63,309 nucleotides of DNA, filler included, from Trichomonas gallinae (GCA_008369845.1; 8 parts of 8 records of this genome joined end to end with filler, not necessarily neighbours in it); one strand, 5' to 3'. Positions 31,509 to 44,035 are shown, numbered from the whole stretch's first letter. The notes: a model not told the origin generated them from the sequence alone. Translations and numbers: made by a program.

Positions 31509-31724
31509 TTTTTTAATTTCGAAAATTAATCATTAACTTATAGTTTTTGTCATTAATATATTATAGAAAACTTCTAAGCTCCTTAATATTCCTCTCTTTA
31601 AAGCTAAATCATGATTTTTTTTAATTTTGAAATATTATCATTAGTTTATAGTTTTTGTCATTCATGTATTATAGAATACTCCTAAGTTCACCAAATTTTC
31701 TTTCTCAAAAGATAAATCATTAAA
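31509..31724 (+). repeat. Diverged ~108-bp intergenic tandem duplication
   Basis: ttatagtttttgtcatt...tattatagaa...ctaag...aaag.taaatcat occurs twice, 108 nt apart. Confidence 0.75.
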
Positions 31725-32004
31725 TAAATTTTAAATTTAGAATTCAACAGAGTTTCAGCTTGAAAAATGCTCTAAAAAGATAGAAATATTTCAAATATAT
31801 GATATTACATAACAATTATTTTGGTAGTTATTCATATTTTTTTTTTTTCATTCAATAAAGATATTGAGCAAATAAAGTAAATAATAAGCATATTTTATTG
31901 ATTGCCATTATTATATACAATTGAATACTAAAATTGAATTTTTATTCTGATATTACTTTCGCATGTAATAATACAAAAAGAATAAAATCAAAGAGGATTC
32001 TAGG

Positions 32005-32370
32005 TTAAAGCACGAGGAACATAAATAGTCCGAATATTAGAAATGAAACGAAATTAATACCGAAGAAAACAAGCATATCACGTGAAAAACACTTGTGATA
32101 ACATGATGTTAGGGTAATAATGATAGTTATCATATATCCCAAAATCGGAATTAAACTCAAAAAGCAGCAAATTACAAAGCTCAGCGTGCATTTGCACTCT
32201 GATGAATTACATGTAGCGTTTGGGTCTACATCAGTTAAATTTGTGCTTTTTCCGTAAAAATCATCTTGGGCAGGCTGGTTCAATGACTCTGAATGCACAC
32301 TGTACGTATATGTCGGAGCAACATATTGAGTAGCAGATGCTGGCCCATCTGCATAAGGGTTATCATACAT
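32005..32370 (-). CDS. Small Cys-rich membrane protein
   Basis: 121 aa; Tyr/Pro-rich N-terminus and hydrophobic segments with flanking cysteines. Confidence 0.7.
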   Translation of the reverse strand: MYDNPYADGPASATQYVAPTYTYSVHSESLNQPAQDDFYGKSTNLTDVDPNATCNSSECKCTLSFVICCFLSLIPILGYMITIIITLTSCYHKCFSRDMLVFFGINFVSFLIFGLFMFLVL

Positions 32371-32492
32371 CTTTCTGAAATATGTTTTAAGGTTAATAGA
32401 TCCGATTCATTGAAATAGAAGTGATTCAACTCGATTTTTTGCGAATTTCGAACTAATTTTGTGATAATTAGAATTGTTGATATATGTGATTT

Positions 32493-32592
32493 NNNNNNNN
32501 NNNNNNNNNNNNNNNNNNNNNNNNNNNNNNNNNNNNTTAATTAATTAANNNNNNNNNNNNNNNNNNNNNNNNNNNNNNNNNNNNNNNNNNNN
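32493..32592. other. Artificial contig linker
   Basis: N44-TTAATTAATTAA-N44. Confidence 0.99.
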
Positions 32593-33412
32593 CAACTGGT
32601 TGCTTCAGAATAGCTGGTGTTCCCTTTGGAAGTGGTGTTGATCCTGGTCTTTGCAATGGAGCTGGTGTTCCCCTTGGAAGTGGTGTTCCAACTGGTTGCT
32701 TCAGAATAGCTGGTGTTCCTTTTGGTAATGGTGTTCCAACTGGGCGATTGACTGGATCTGGTTTTCTTCTGAATAAATATGTTGAATCTACTTTTTTGAA
32801 CAAATTTAGTGTTGCATCGTTTGATATTAATTCGATTGAAACATATCCATGTCCTGTTTCAGTGTGCTGAGTATCATCAAGAATTGTTGGCATAGTGCTC
32901 CAATATCTTGGGTCAAAATCACTTGCGCTGTTTCTTGATAGAATTGTATCGATTTTTTCATCTGTGATTTTTATTCCACCAGCATCAGATCCTAATGTTT
33001 GCTGAGCAGCTCCTAAGCCACCACTTACTATTGCAACAATTGAACCATCGATTTTATTTTGAATCATAGAATATCCACCTTCACCACCGGATTGTTTTCC
33101 TTCATTATTTTTGTTCATTCCTTTGTTTCCGCCAAACTCATTTACTATTACAAGATTGTTTTGATCTTTGCAATTTGCATTAGGTATTGATCCAACAACA
33201 ATTGTATAGGATGCATGCTCTTTTAAGTGTAAAGTTCCAGTAATGATTGATCCACGGCCACCTTCAGCATCTGATTCTGCTCCATTAATGCAGGAATGAC
33301 CACCTTGAGCTCCTCTTAACTTTACACTGTAATATCCTGGCTCTAAGTCTAATGAATAGTTTTTTGGTACATTAAACACTTCCTGTCTGGCTAAGCTTAT
33401 CAGGAAAAACAT
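32593..33412 (-). CDS. Glycine-rich-domain (ALK/LTK-type, GAQGG) surface protein with 16-aa Pro/Thr repeats; 3' end in gap
   Basis: LEPGYYSVKLRGAQGG...GGRG..I.G.LH..., then PVGTPLPKGTPAILKQ repeats. Confidence 0.8.
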
Positions 33413-35071
33413 CAATTATTGTGATGGATAAAAGAAGAAAGAAAAATATTGTGAAAGTTATCGTTAAATCTGTGAACGGGTAATATTGAGACTCTTCTGA
33501 ATTTTTTAAGTTTTCTGCTAGACAATCATATGCACTTGCGATCAATAAATCCGTGATTTTAAGTTTAGAGTCAACAACCATTGGGTTAAAGAATATTTGT
33601 TCGTTAGATAAAAGTTGAAAAATGGTGTCGACATTTGCAATAAATATAGAGTACTGAAAATTGGTGTAGTATCGAATTGAATTTTGTGTGTTTTTAAAAT
33701 TAAAGTTGAAGATGATTTTGTGTGAGTTATCAATTAAAATTGATTGTTTTTGTAAACTTCATTACACCAAATCTTAAGTTATTTATGATCATTAGCTGGA
33801 AATATGTGGAATAACAACGACTTTATTTTTGTGAGTTCTTTGAATTAAAATTGAGAAAAATCCAATTCGTTTCATAATATGGTTGATATCATGTTCTGTT
33901 TCATTTATTTATTAAAATAACGCGCGTTAATAATTTTTTTCGTTCGCAATATTAATATGCTTGTAGGATACTTTGCAATTGAAAATTTCTCAGGACGAAA
34001 AACGGTTGCTTTCAATGGTTCCGATAATTTGTAGATTTGACAAGCTAAGTTTGCTGCCGCGTTTGAAACAAGAAAGTCATGCAAACGGTTTTTGACATAT
34101 GCAGTAATCATACTGTTAAATTTTTTTCATAAAATAATTAATTTTTTGATTTCGAAAATTTTCTAAATTTCTCCATAATGAAATCTGATGATATTATCAA
34201 TGAATATAAGTGTATTTGATTCAAATTTCATTATATATGTACTTATATTTTTATCAAATAAAAATTGAATAAAAATGAAAGAAACCATTTTGTAAATACA
34301 ACTCATACTTCATAATCTACGCATTCGTTGCATTTATGGCTGTAGTTTTCTTTCATTTGCAAAAAATTAACAATTAATTAACTGAATAATTTCTTGCATA
34401 TCAAAACAATGCTTCTTGTATATATAGTTTATTTGGATACATTAAAATACGGTTCCACAAAGTAATCGTTAGGTGCCTAAAATTGATGTACAGGAAAATC
34501 AAGAATTCTATAACAATAAGTATTATTTTCATGTATATTTCTTATTTCTATCAACTTATGAAGAATACAAATGTTGAAAACATTGATATTGAATTTTTTA
34601 TGTGAGACTCGTAATTAATAATAAAATTTATTCTATGAAGCTATTATTATCTTGATATTTTAACTGAAGAAACGTCGTAGAGTCGAATTTAAGTAATATC
34701 TAAAATAATTTCCATATTAATCGTGAATTTTGTAATATTTTGCATGCCAAAAATGTAGTTAGTGAGCTTGTTTATTCAACGACTAAGTTGAAACTTATGT
34801 AGAGAATCTTTTTTTGCAATGATTATGATATTGCTGAAAAATTAAATTAAAATTTACATGTCAGATATTTGAGTATATTTGTCATGTACTTTTTTTTTTA
34901 AATTATGTGCTAAACAAACAAAAAGTCGACGAGTACTTGACTGTGATTCTCACACACCTTTTTTCATTCTATTAGTATGATATTACGTATTTTTTCTTAT
35001 AAAAACTCAGAATTCTAAAATTTCAAATAAAAATCGCAAAAAATGTTTATTCTAACAAACAGTTTTGGAAA

Positions 35072-36967
35072 TTACATATATACTGTATTAACTCCAAAGT
35101 AATTTTCAATCTCACTTTCTTGGAAATCACGATTGAACAAATCATCTGAATCCATATCTACTGTAGTTGAGAACATTGGGTTATCTAATGTAGTTCCTAT
35201 AGCTGAAGTTGTAGTATCGCATATAACTGTTTCTTCTATCATTTCGTTCGAGTAATGTGAACTGTTTTCATCATTTTTGTTCCTTGATGCGATGAAATAG
35301 ATTTCAACGATTATCAAGCAAAAAAGGACTATGCTTCCAATTATGATGGCAATGATATATCCAAGCGAAAGCTTCTTTGATTTACCTGGTTGTTTATTTC
35401 GGATAAAACTTCCGCCTTTTTCATTAATATCATCAGTAGCCCTGGGAGTCATAGAGACAGTAGCATATGGTGTTTCAGAAGGTGTATCGAATGGAGTTTT
35501 TGAAGATGTATCTTCTGGTGTTATTAATGGCGTGGAGGATGGTGTATCATAAGGGGTTATTGATGGTGTGTCAAAAGGTGTTTCATTTGGAGTAATGGAA
35601 GGTGTAATATATGGCGTTTCGCTTGGTGTAATGGAAGGTGTAATATATGGTGTTTCGCTTGGAGTAATGGAAGGTGTAATATATGGCGTATCACTTGGAG
35701 TAATGGAAGGTGTAATAGATGGCGTATCACTTGGAGTAATGGAAGGTGTAATATATGGCGTTTCGCTTGGAGTAATGGAAGGTGTAATATATGGTGTTTC
35801 ACTTGGAGTAATGGAAGGTGTAATATATGGTGTTTCACTTGGAGTAATGGAAGGTGTAATATATGGTGTTTCACTTGGTGTAATGGAAGGTGTAATATAT
35901 GGTGTTTCATTTGGAGTAATGGAAGGTGTAATATTTGGTGTTATTTCTGGTGATGGTCGTGGGGATGCTTTTGGAGTTGCTGGAGGCACGCAATGCCCAT
36001 TCCAAAGTACTTTTCCTTGTGGACAAGTCGTACATTTATTGTTTGAGCATGTGGCGCAATCTGCTGGACATCTGTAACAAATTCCATTCAATTCATACGT
36101 TGGATCCAATGTTTGTCTGCAGCTTTGAAAACATTGATGATCATAATATTTATAGCCATTCATGCAAGAATTGCATTTATCACTATTATCTCGAGGACAA
36201 TCAGCACAATTCGGGGGACATAAAGCCAAAATTTCATATATGAAATATCCTGGAGTTTCCCACTCAAAATGAAGTACACCTGGAGTTAACGAATAATCTG
36301 TCCAAAAGGATTCGTCATAATAACTTGAACCACCAAATCCAATTGTACATTCATCGCAGTATTTGGCCCCATTACCACCTTGGCCACCATAATAACCACC
36401 ACCTCCCCCACTTCCAGAAATCCAATTATGGTTCCCACCGTTACCACCTTGATGATATTGATGCGACCAGCAATCAATACATTTCTTAGGTTCGCCGCTG
36501 TCCCAATCATATCCGTAGGAAAAGCCTACACCACCAGCATCACCACCATTCGTATCATATGATGCTCCTGACCCACCTCCCATCATTGCAATAATCTTAT
36601 CATCATCAACTCGATAAATTGATGTATAACCACCTCCACCACCACCTTGTTCACTGTCCTTATCATCATCCCAACCGCTTTTACCTCCAAGTCCATATAT
36701 CGCACCTGGATTATAATGTGCATCACAATCTGCTGCAGGCGTGTCCCCTACTGTAACAATATATTTATGTACTCCGCTAATATGCAGTATACCAACAAAT
36801 TTTGCTCCTCTGCCGCCCATTGCGCTAGTTCTTTTACCATTATTGCATGCATGTCCACCCGAAGCTCCTTTCATAGAAACTTGATAATATCCAGGCTTGA
36901 GTTCTAATGAATAATTTCTTGGAGATGAGTATTTAATTTGTTTAGATAGGTATATCAGGAAAAACAT
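35072..36967 (-). CDS. Glycine-rich domain + furin-like Cys repeats + mucin-like stalk + TM + acidic cytoplasmic tail
   Basis: GASGG, GGGGGYTSI, SGGGGGYYGG, CPPNCADC, TP repeats, IIAIIIGSIVLFCLII TM and DNPMF tail. Confidence 0.9.
   Translation of the reverse strand: MFFLIYLSKQIKYSSPRNYSLELKPGYYQVSMKGASGGHACNNGKRTSAMGGRGAKFVGILHISGVHKYIVTVGDTPAADCDAHYNPGAIYGLGGKSGWDDDKDSEQGGGGGGYTSIYRVDDDKIIAMMGGGSGASYDTNGGDAGGVGFSYGYDWDSGEPKKCIDCWSHQYHQGGNGGNHNWISGSGGGGGYYGGQGGNGAKYCDECTIGFGGSSYYDESFWTDYSLTPGVLHFEWETPGYFIYEILALCPPNCADCPRDNSDKCNSCMNGYKYYDHQCFQSCRQTLDPTYELNGICYRCPADCATCSNNKCTTCPQGKVLWNGHCVPPATPKASPRPSPEITPNITPSITPNETPYITPSITPSETPYITPSITPSETPYITPSITPSETPYITPSITPSETPYITPSITPSDTPSITPSITPSDTPYITPSITPSETPYITPSITPSETPYITPSITPNETPFDTPSITPYDTPSSTPLITPEDTSSKTPFDTPSETPYATVSMTPRATDDINEKGGSFIRNKQPGKSKKLSLGYIIAIIIGSIVLFCLIIVEIYFIASRNKNDENSSHYSNEMIEETVICDTTTSAIGTTLDNPMFSTTVDMDSDDLFNRDFQESEIENYFGVNTVYM
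35575..35942 (-). repeat. Coding 36-bp tandem repeat, about 10 units (TPYITPSITPSE)
   Basis: Directly visible repeat atatggtgtttcacttggagtaatggaaggtgtaat. Confidence 0.95.
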
Positions 36968-38198
36968 TGTTTTTCAAAAAAATAGAATTCAAATATTTTG
37001 AAAGAATATTGGATTGTAATATCAAATATATAGCAAAATATACTTAAATATTTGCACAATAATTTCTGACATCTCAATTCAATTTTTGTGGAAAACATTC
37101 TTGATTTTACTCTCAAAATATATTTTGAAACGTGCTTTTTATCTATATATTCCGAATATTGGAAATACAATAATATTGTTTCAATAGTAATGAAAAAAGG
37201 TTAAGTTATCAAAATTGAATTAAAATCTGGCCATATAAAAAATATAGGTTTTTGCATATCTATAATTATATGCTAATATTAGTGGATAAAAATTTAAAGG
37301 AATAAATGGTCAGGATAAAATATATTATTACTTATGAACTATTTGTATAAATACAATTAATAGGATAAAAAAAAATTGAAGGAACTTTTGAAAGCATACG
37401 GTTTTAAAGAATTATTTTTTGTTGTCCATCATAGTTTCTTGCCCTATAAAATGTATACAAATGAAATAACACGATATAACTGAAATGTAAAATAGGATTT
37501 GAAATTTGAAAACTTCATGACCAATTCAAACGTTCTTTTTTTTACTGTAACATATGATATCATTTTAATAATAGATATTTGTTATTTCATCAATCAAAAA
37601 ATTGATTAGGCAATCAAACCGTCAGGCAACAAATTACCATTTTTATTACAATATTATTTCATATATTATTCCATCATAAAATGATAAAAAATACAGCGTC
37701 CAAAAATATTATGAAAAGTTGAAAACCATCCAAAATCAACGAATTTTTTTTCAAACACTTTGAAAAAGTCTCTTATTTTTTTGAGTTTCTAACGTCATAT
37801 TTAAAAAAATTATAATATTTCCAAAATATGGAATTTTGGAGTTATATTTGTATTAAACAAATTTTATGAAAATTCTTAAAATAAAATGGATGGTGATATA
37901 TTGCAAATTAATATAACAGAATTATGAAATTAAATTAAAATAATCAAAGTTATTTAAAAATCAATAATTCAAAATAAAACAGCACTGCAATGGTTTATTG
38001 TAAGCATCCATCATCAAAGATTCTTCCGAATCATAGATTTCAAAAATTATTGATTTTTTATCTTTGTAAAACGAGAATATTAATTCTCAAATGCGTGTTA
38101 TGTAATTGGGTATATTTGTTTTCAAGATTTTTTTTGCAATATAGAAATATTATAAAATGGCTATTTTCAATGATAAATACGAATTTTTAAAACAATAA

Positions 38199-39881
38199 TT
38201 ATAAATCATTTCCGTGAATGAAGAAACCTTCTATTCCGTTTTCTTCGAAGTCATCTTCAAATATATCAGAATCAACATTCACAGTTGATGTGAATATTGG
38301 ATTGTCAAGAGTGACTCCAGTTGTGGCTTCTGTATCTGTGATGACTGTTTCTTCAACTCCATCTGATGAACACATGTCGGATGATTGGTTATTTTTCTTG
38401 TATCCGATAATTAAGATGACAGCAAGTGCGACTAAGATAATAAAGATAATGCATCCAACGATGATTGCGATAAGTATTCCAGTTGAAAGTTTATCTGACT
38501 TTGAGGCAATTTTATTTTTTTGGGTTGCTTTTTCACTTCCATCTCTATCTTTCTGTTTTCTTGTCACTGGAATTGTATCAACTGGGATTGGAATGACATC
38601 TGTTTGTTGCTCTGGCGGATGAATTTCTACCGGAGTATCAATGGGTGTTGTTTGTTGTGTCATTGATGGTGTATCAGTTGGTGTTTTATCTGGTGTGCTT
38701 GAGGATGATGTTGATGGAGTACTTGAAGGTGTCGATAATGGTGTAATAGAAGGTGTCGATAATGGTGTTCTTGAAGGTGTCGATAATGGTGTACTTGATG
38801 GTGTGGATGATGGAGTCATTGATGGTGTGGATGAAGGAGTATTTGAAGGAGTAATTGCAGGCGTGGGTTTTGGTGAACGTGTTGGCATGCACCTTCCATT
38901 CCATAGAACTTCATTTGATCTGCATCCGGAGCAAGTGTTTCCATTGGTGCAGGTTGTGCAATCTGCAGGACATCTCATGCATTGAGATCCAAATTTGTAT
39001 GTTGGAACAGTTGTATCACTGCACTTTGAATAACAGGAATTTTCAAAGAAAAAGAAGCCACTTAAACACGATGTGCATACATGTCCATTGTTTTCATTAC
39101 AATCATTGCATCCATCATCGCATAATAGTACTGAATCAATCGATGCTTGTCCATGACCTCCATCTGCGTGTTTATGTCCATCCTTAATTTCTGGATTAAT
39201 CCAAAAATCACCATCATAATAACTAGAACCACCATATCCGACAGTGGTGCTAGGATGAGTTGCTCCCCAATCACCACCTTGTCCACCTAAATAACCTCCA
39301 CCACCTCCTGATCCAGGAACATACCAACTATCCTTACCTTGTCCGCCTTTATGATATGAATCTGACCAACAAGTTGTACAGTTTACGCGCTCTCCAGTAT
39401 TTTTATCACGTCCGTAAGAATATCCTATGCCACCTGCTGCTTCTCCTTCCGTGTTAAATGAAGCTCCAGAACCTCCACCTACCATAGCAATGATCATATC
39501 TCCATTAGGTCTGTAAATTGATGAATAACCACCACCACCTCCGCCTTGGTCATGACCAGAAGGTTGTGTATCTTCGCCACTGCGACCACCAAGGCCATAT
39601 AAACCACCTGGGTTTGGGCCATCTTTATATCTACAATTTGGAGATGGTTTACTTCCAACAGTAATAGTATAGTCATTTATACCAGTAATGTGCATTTTTC
39701 CTGTAAGTTTTGCACCTTTTCCGCCACTTATTGATGCAGGGTTGCCATCTGTGCATCCATTTCCACCTTGAGCTCCTCGCAGCAAAACATTATAATATCC
39801 TGGATACAGCGTTATGGTGTAATTGCCGTCAGTCTTTTTTTCGAAATGAGTTTCTTGATAGAACAGGAAGCAGAACATCAT
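38199..39881 (-). CDS. Paralogous glycine-rich/Cys-rich/TP-stalk type I membrane protein
   Basis: Same architecture as 35072-36967; TPSS/TPLS stalk, TM and DNPIF tail. Confidence 0.9.
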   Translation of the reverse strand: MMFCFLFYQETHFEKKTDGNYTITLYPGYYNVLLRGAQGGNGCTDGNPASISGGKGAKLTGKMHITGINDYTITVGSKPSPNCRYKDGPNPGGLYGLGGRSGEDTQPSGHDQGGGGGGYSSIYRPNGDMIIAMVGGGSGASFNTEGEAAGGIGYSYGRDKNTGERVNCTTCWSDSYHKGGQGKDSWYVPGSGGGGGYLGGQGGDWGATHPSTTVGYGGSSYYDGDFWINPEIKDGHKHADGGHGQASIDSVLLCDDGCNDCNENNGHVCTSCLSGFFFFENSCYSKCSDTTVPTYKFGSQCMRCPADCTTCTNGNTCSGCRSNEVLWNGRCMPTRSPKPTPAITPSNTPSSTPSMTPSSTPSSTPLSTPSRTPLSTPSITPLSTPSSTPSTSSSSTPDKTPTDTPSMTQQTTPIDTPVEIHPPEQQTDVIPIPVDTIPVTRKQKDRDGSEKATQKNKIASKSDKLSTGILIAIIVGCIIFIILVALAVILIIGYKKNNQSSDMCSSDGVEETVITDTEATTGVTLDNPIFTSTVNVDSDIFEDDFEENGIEGFFIHGNDL

Positions 39882-40689
39882 TTTTGTTAAATAAACAATT
39901 GACCAAATTTATTATCAAAAATTTTGATTTATGTATATCAAGATAATTTATATAAGGTATAAACAGTGTTTTTTCAATTTTTTAACTTTTTAATTTTCTG
40001 CCAGGAGTATTCAATATTTATTTGATTTGAATTGTAGTTTTGAATTATTTAAAATCAATGTGACTTCAAAAATTTATATAATTAATAATATTACATGTCC
40101 ATGTGATAATTTAAAATAAAATAGTAAAGAACGTTATTTTGATTTTTCTTGACATTAACTAATATGTAATAACTAAATGATATGTAATATTTTGATATGA
40201 AATTCTAAATTATGTCACTTTTCAATGTTTTTTTCTGAATAAAGTTTTTTTATTGTATTAAAAAAATTATTGTAAAATATTTTTAAAAAGCATTCATAAC
40301 AATGGTTTTAAGGTTTTTATAAATTTATATTTTTCAATTCTTTATTTTATTACTAACGATTATTTATTCAAAAAAAGAATTTAATTGATTTCCTTGATAA
40401 GTATAGCCTGTTCTATCATTTTTATTTTGTCAATTGTCAATTTTAACCTTATAATTGAATGAATCGAAAATAAATCGTTCTTATATAGTCATATATAACA
40501 TTGTTATGATAATCTATGTATTGTTTGTTGTATTTTTCAATTCCTTTCACATCTCAAAATTTATTCGTATAAAACAACAAAACTATATGTTTTCGTCGGA
40601 AAACTCATTCATCAATTTCATCGTATGTGAATATATTCTGTGAAGAAACTGTTCTTATTAGAAAATCGCTCATTTGCTAAACAATTATA

Positions 40690-41158
40690 TTTTACCAGCA
40701 TCGTCTAATGGTAATCTGTACTGCCAACAGTGACTCCATTTGTGCCATATGCAGCACCACTACTAACACCTGCTATGACAATAACTCCACCTGTATTTGA
40801 GTTAGTAATCGATGAATAACCGCCACCTGCTCCACCTTGCTCTCCATTTTTATCAGAATCATATGATATCCTGAATCACCTCTTTCTCCAAACCTGCCCG
40901 CATAATCCGATGTTCTTTACATCTCATACCCCAAATGGTTTCCAACTGAAATATCATATGTGTATGATCCTGATACATGCAATGTTCCACCTATTTTCGC
41001 TCCTCTTCCGCCTTAATGTGAAGTTTTTTTTCCAATATTGCGCTTCCTCCTTGTCCAGCTCTAATTATAACAGAATAGAATCCTGCTGTTAAATCAAGTT
41101 TATAGTTATTGGTTAAAGTCTACTCATATTGCTGGGATAAATAAACCAGAAACTACAT
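40690..41158 (-). pseudogene. Pseudogenised fourth member of the glycine-rich array (not in the ORF track)
   Basis: Minus strand reads M*FLVYLSQQYE*TLTNNYKLDLTAGFYSVIIRAGQGG, then after frameshifts GGRGAKIGGTLHVSG and VIVIAGVSSGAAYGTNG. Confidence 0.85.
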
Positions 41159-41935
41159 TTATTAGAAAATCAAAGACCAATTTTTCATTAATATATTTAT
41201 ATTTGATACAATCAATAATAATATACTATTATTTAAAAAAAGAATTTGACATATATCACAATTTTTGAAATAGACACGTTATGATTTAGCTCACAAAAAA
41301 TGGAATTAAATTTGATTTGTTATGATTGATAATTGCTATCTATATGGTATAAAATACTATTTCTCAATCAGAAGAGTAAAATATTTCGACTATAATTCTA
41401 CCTCAAAATTGAGAGCGATGCCTTTTTTTATAAATTTTTAAAATAATAGCTTAATGATATTGCTATATTAATTTAAATATGATATTAAGGATGAAAACTT
41501 TGACTATAACGATTTCATTCAAATTTTATCATGTTCGTATTATTTATAACATATATCTATGAATTTAGTTATTACAGTTTTGCAGACTGTCTGCAATTAA
41601 CTTTTGAGAGAATTTAACCAAACAACATTTCAAAATTTTTTGTTTAAAATAGATATCCACCATAATCATTTATTAAATTGCAATAAATCAACAAGTTTTA
41701 ATTTGGTAGAATTAACAAATCACATTAGATTTTAAAACAGTTAATGCAATTAACGTTCGCTGCATATTCGTTTGATTTTCCAAAAAAAAATTTATAAACC
41801 TAAAGTTTTATAGTGAAACTATATCTATCAATATATATACAATGGCAAATTTTAAAAAATATTTTGACAATAATAATTTACATGTCAGATTGAGTTGTCA
41901 CCTTTTTATCGTTATTTGATTCGTTTGAAATATAA

Positions 41936-44035
41936 ATGGAGAACGAAAACTTAGCTAATCCAGAACAGGTTTCGTTTTTAGAAGAGCTTTATGTTGCCAG
42001 ATGCAAGGATACTCTTGAGCAGCCTTCTCGTGAAGAGTTTATGCGTTTTAGCTCAAGATTGAAAGCAAGAGTTTCTGGTGCGGTTTGTTCTCTTCGCAAT
42101 CAGCACTTAGGAGTTTCCGCAGCAAACACATTATCGAAATTCTTCAGAAATAGAACTGATTTAATCAAATTAGACCTTTATTGCAACTTAATTCGCGATC
42201 ATGGCTTACAAGTCGTTTCACACTTTGTACAGTTATGTAAATATATCAAAGTTTTCAATATCGGCTGCAATGATCTCACAGATAAATCTGCTCCACAACT
42301 TGCAAATATAATTTCCGCAAACCATCTCAGATCTCTTCAATTAGGAACAGTCGAAAAGTCATTACATCCAAACAAATTCACTTCGATTACTCTCGATGCT
42401 CTTTCTGAAGCAATTGTTAAAAATGACGCATTAATGTCTATTGGTCTTAATGGATCATCATTTGGTGCTAAGCCAGCACCAACAGCTCCAACATCATCAT
42501 CTGCATTGATCAGAATGTTTTCTAAGAGCAAATCTTTACTGAACATTCAATTAAGCAATTGCGGATTAATAAGTGATGATATGATGCTTGTTATTGAGAA
42601 TGGTTTCTGCTTCAACCCAGTTCTAAAGCGTTTGGACATCAGCCAAAACAATTTATCTCCAAACGTTGGTATACGCATTGCTCAGTATCTCCTTGAGCCA
42701 ATTAAGGAAATGGTTGTTCAACCAGACGCTGAAAATCCAGAAACAGACTTTGATGTAATTTTAACGGATCAAACACCACACATTTTCTATTTAGATTTAT
42801 CATCAAATCTCTTCAATTCTCAAGTAGCCGTAGAATTTTCCAAAGTTTTGACGACATATCCACATCTTGGCTATTTGGACATTTCAAATAACGAAATTGG
42901 CGACGAAGGTGCAATTCAACTTGCAGAGGCTCTTGTAAATAACTCAACTCTCGTCGAACTTCATCTCTCAGGCAACGGAATTCGTTCCCAGGGTGGTGTT
43001 GCTCTCGCGAAAGTTTTGGCAACGAACGAAACATTAATTCACCTCAATATTTCCAACAACAAGCTCGGCGATGAAACAGCCGACGCCATTGCTGAGAGCC
43101 TCGCCCAGAACAAGTGCTTGACAACATTAAACATCAGCTCTTCAATGCTTTCTAATGCTGGCGGCATTAAAATCGCTGAAGCAACGCAAAAGTGTCCAAC
43201 ACTTATTTCTCTCGACATGAGCGACAACTTCTTCACTGAAGACGCCGGCTCTGCCATGGAGAAGACGTTCAGAGAGAACGGTACAATCCTCAAGATCAAT
43301 GTCTCCGGCACACAAATCAACCACTTTTCATTCCACGCACTCAACGAAATCTGCGCGAGAAACGCAGCATTGCTCAAGCAGAAAGAGCAGAAACCTCTCC
43401 GCAATCAATATGTCAAGAGCCAGTACTCAGTCGTTGAACTTCAGCGTAAGGAGGCAATCTTGAAGTCTCTCGTTGCCCAGAAGAACGACTTGAAGTCACA
43501 GATCGATTCCCTAAATGAAACAATCAGAACATTGAAAGAGGAAGAAGAGAACAAATCCAAAGATCTCACGAAGCAGATCCAGGAGAAAGAAGCTCAGATA
43601 GAGACAGAAGCTGCTGACTTCAAGGCAAAGAAAGAGAAGCTCGATGAAGAACTGCAGGACTTGACAATGAAGAAAGAAGAACTTCAAAAGGCTCTCGAAG
43701 GACAGCAGAAGCAAAATGCTGATGTCAGGGCAAAAATCGATGAGCGCAAAGCTGTTTTAAAGAAACTTACAGACGAATTTGAGGCAAACAAACAAGCTAA
43801 GCTCGATGAAATAGAGAAGCTCACTAATGCGGCAAATGAGCTCTTGGAACTTGCCAAAAACCCAGAAGCTCTGGCGGCCATGGAAAAGTTGCCTGATTTC
43901 ATCCAATTCCAGGATGAGCCAAAAGAAAACCTTCCTGAAGTCCAGATTCCAACAGATCAGCCTGTTTCTACAACATCGCGTAAGTCTAGCAAGAAGAAAT
44001 CTGCGAAGAGTTCTAAGAAATCACCAAAGAAATAA
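41936..44035 (+). CDS. Ribonuclease-inhibitor-type LRR protein with C-terminal coiled coil
   Basis: 28-aa LRRs (LDISNNEIGDEGAIQLAEAL) followed by an E/K-rich coiled coil. Confidence 0.88.
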   Translation: MENENLANPEQVSFLEELYVARCKDTLEQPSREEFMRFSSRLKARVSGAVCSLRNQHLGVSAANTLSKFFRNRTDLIKLDLYCNLIRDHGLQVVSHFVQLCKYIKVFNIGCNDLTDKSAPQLANIISANHLRSLQLGTVEKSLHPNKFTSITLDALSEAIVKNDALMSIGLNGSSFGAKPAPTAPTSSSALIRMFSKSKSLLNIQLSNCGLISDDMMLVIENGFCFNPVLKRLDISQNNLSPNVGIRIAQYLLEPIKEMVVQPDAENPETDFDVILTDQTPHIFYLDLSSNLFNSQVAVEFSKVLTTYPHLGYLDISNNEIGDEGAIQLAEALVNNSTLVELHLSGNGIRSQGGVALAKVLATNETLIHLNISNNKLGDETADAIAESLAQNKCLTTLNISSSMLSNAGGIKIAEATQKCPTLISLDMSDNFFTEDAGSAMEKTFRENGTILKINVSGTQINHFSFHALNEICARNAALLKQKEQKPLRNQYVKSQYSVVELQRKEAILKSLVAQKNDLKSQIDSLNETIRTLKEEEENKSKDLTKQIQEKEAQIETEAADFKAKKEKLDEELQDLTMKKEELQKALEGQQKQNADVRAKIDERKAVLKKLTDEFEANKQAKLDEIEKLTNAANELLELAKNPEALAAMEKLPDFIQFQDEPKENLPEVQIPTDQPVSTTSRKSSKKKSAKSSKKSPKK

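Noticed and set aside
35575..35942. 36-bp repeats as a CRISPR array
   Set aside because: Head-to-tail with no unique spacers, in frame within a eukaryotic surface protein, and no cas genes.
35331..36077. Antisense and alternative-frame repeat ORFs (GVMEGVIY..., HHILHLPLLQ...)
   Set aside because: Shadows of the tandem repeat in the real minus-strand gene. The same applies to 38218-38985 and 61457-61992.
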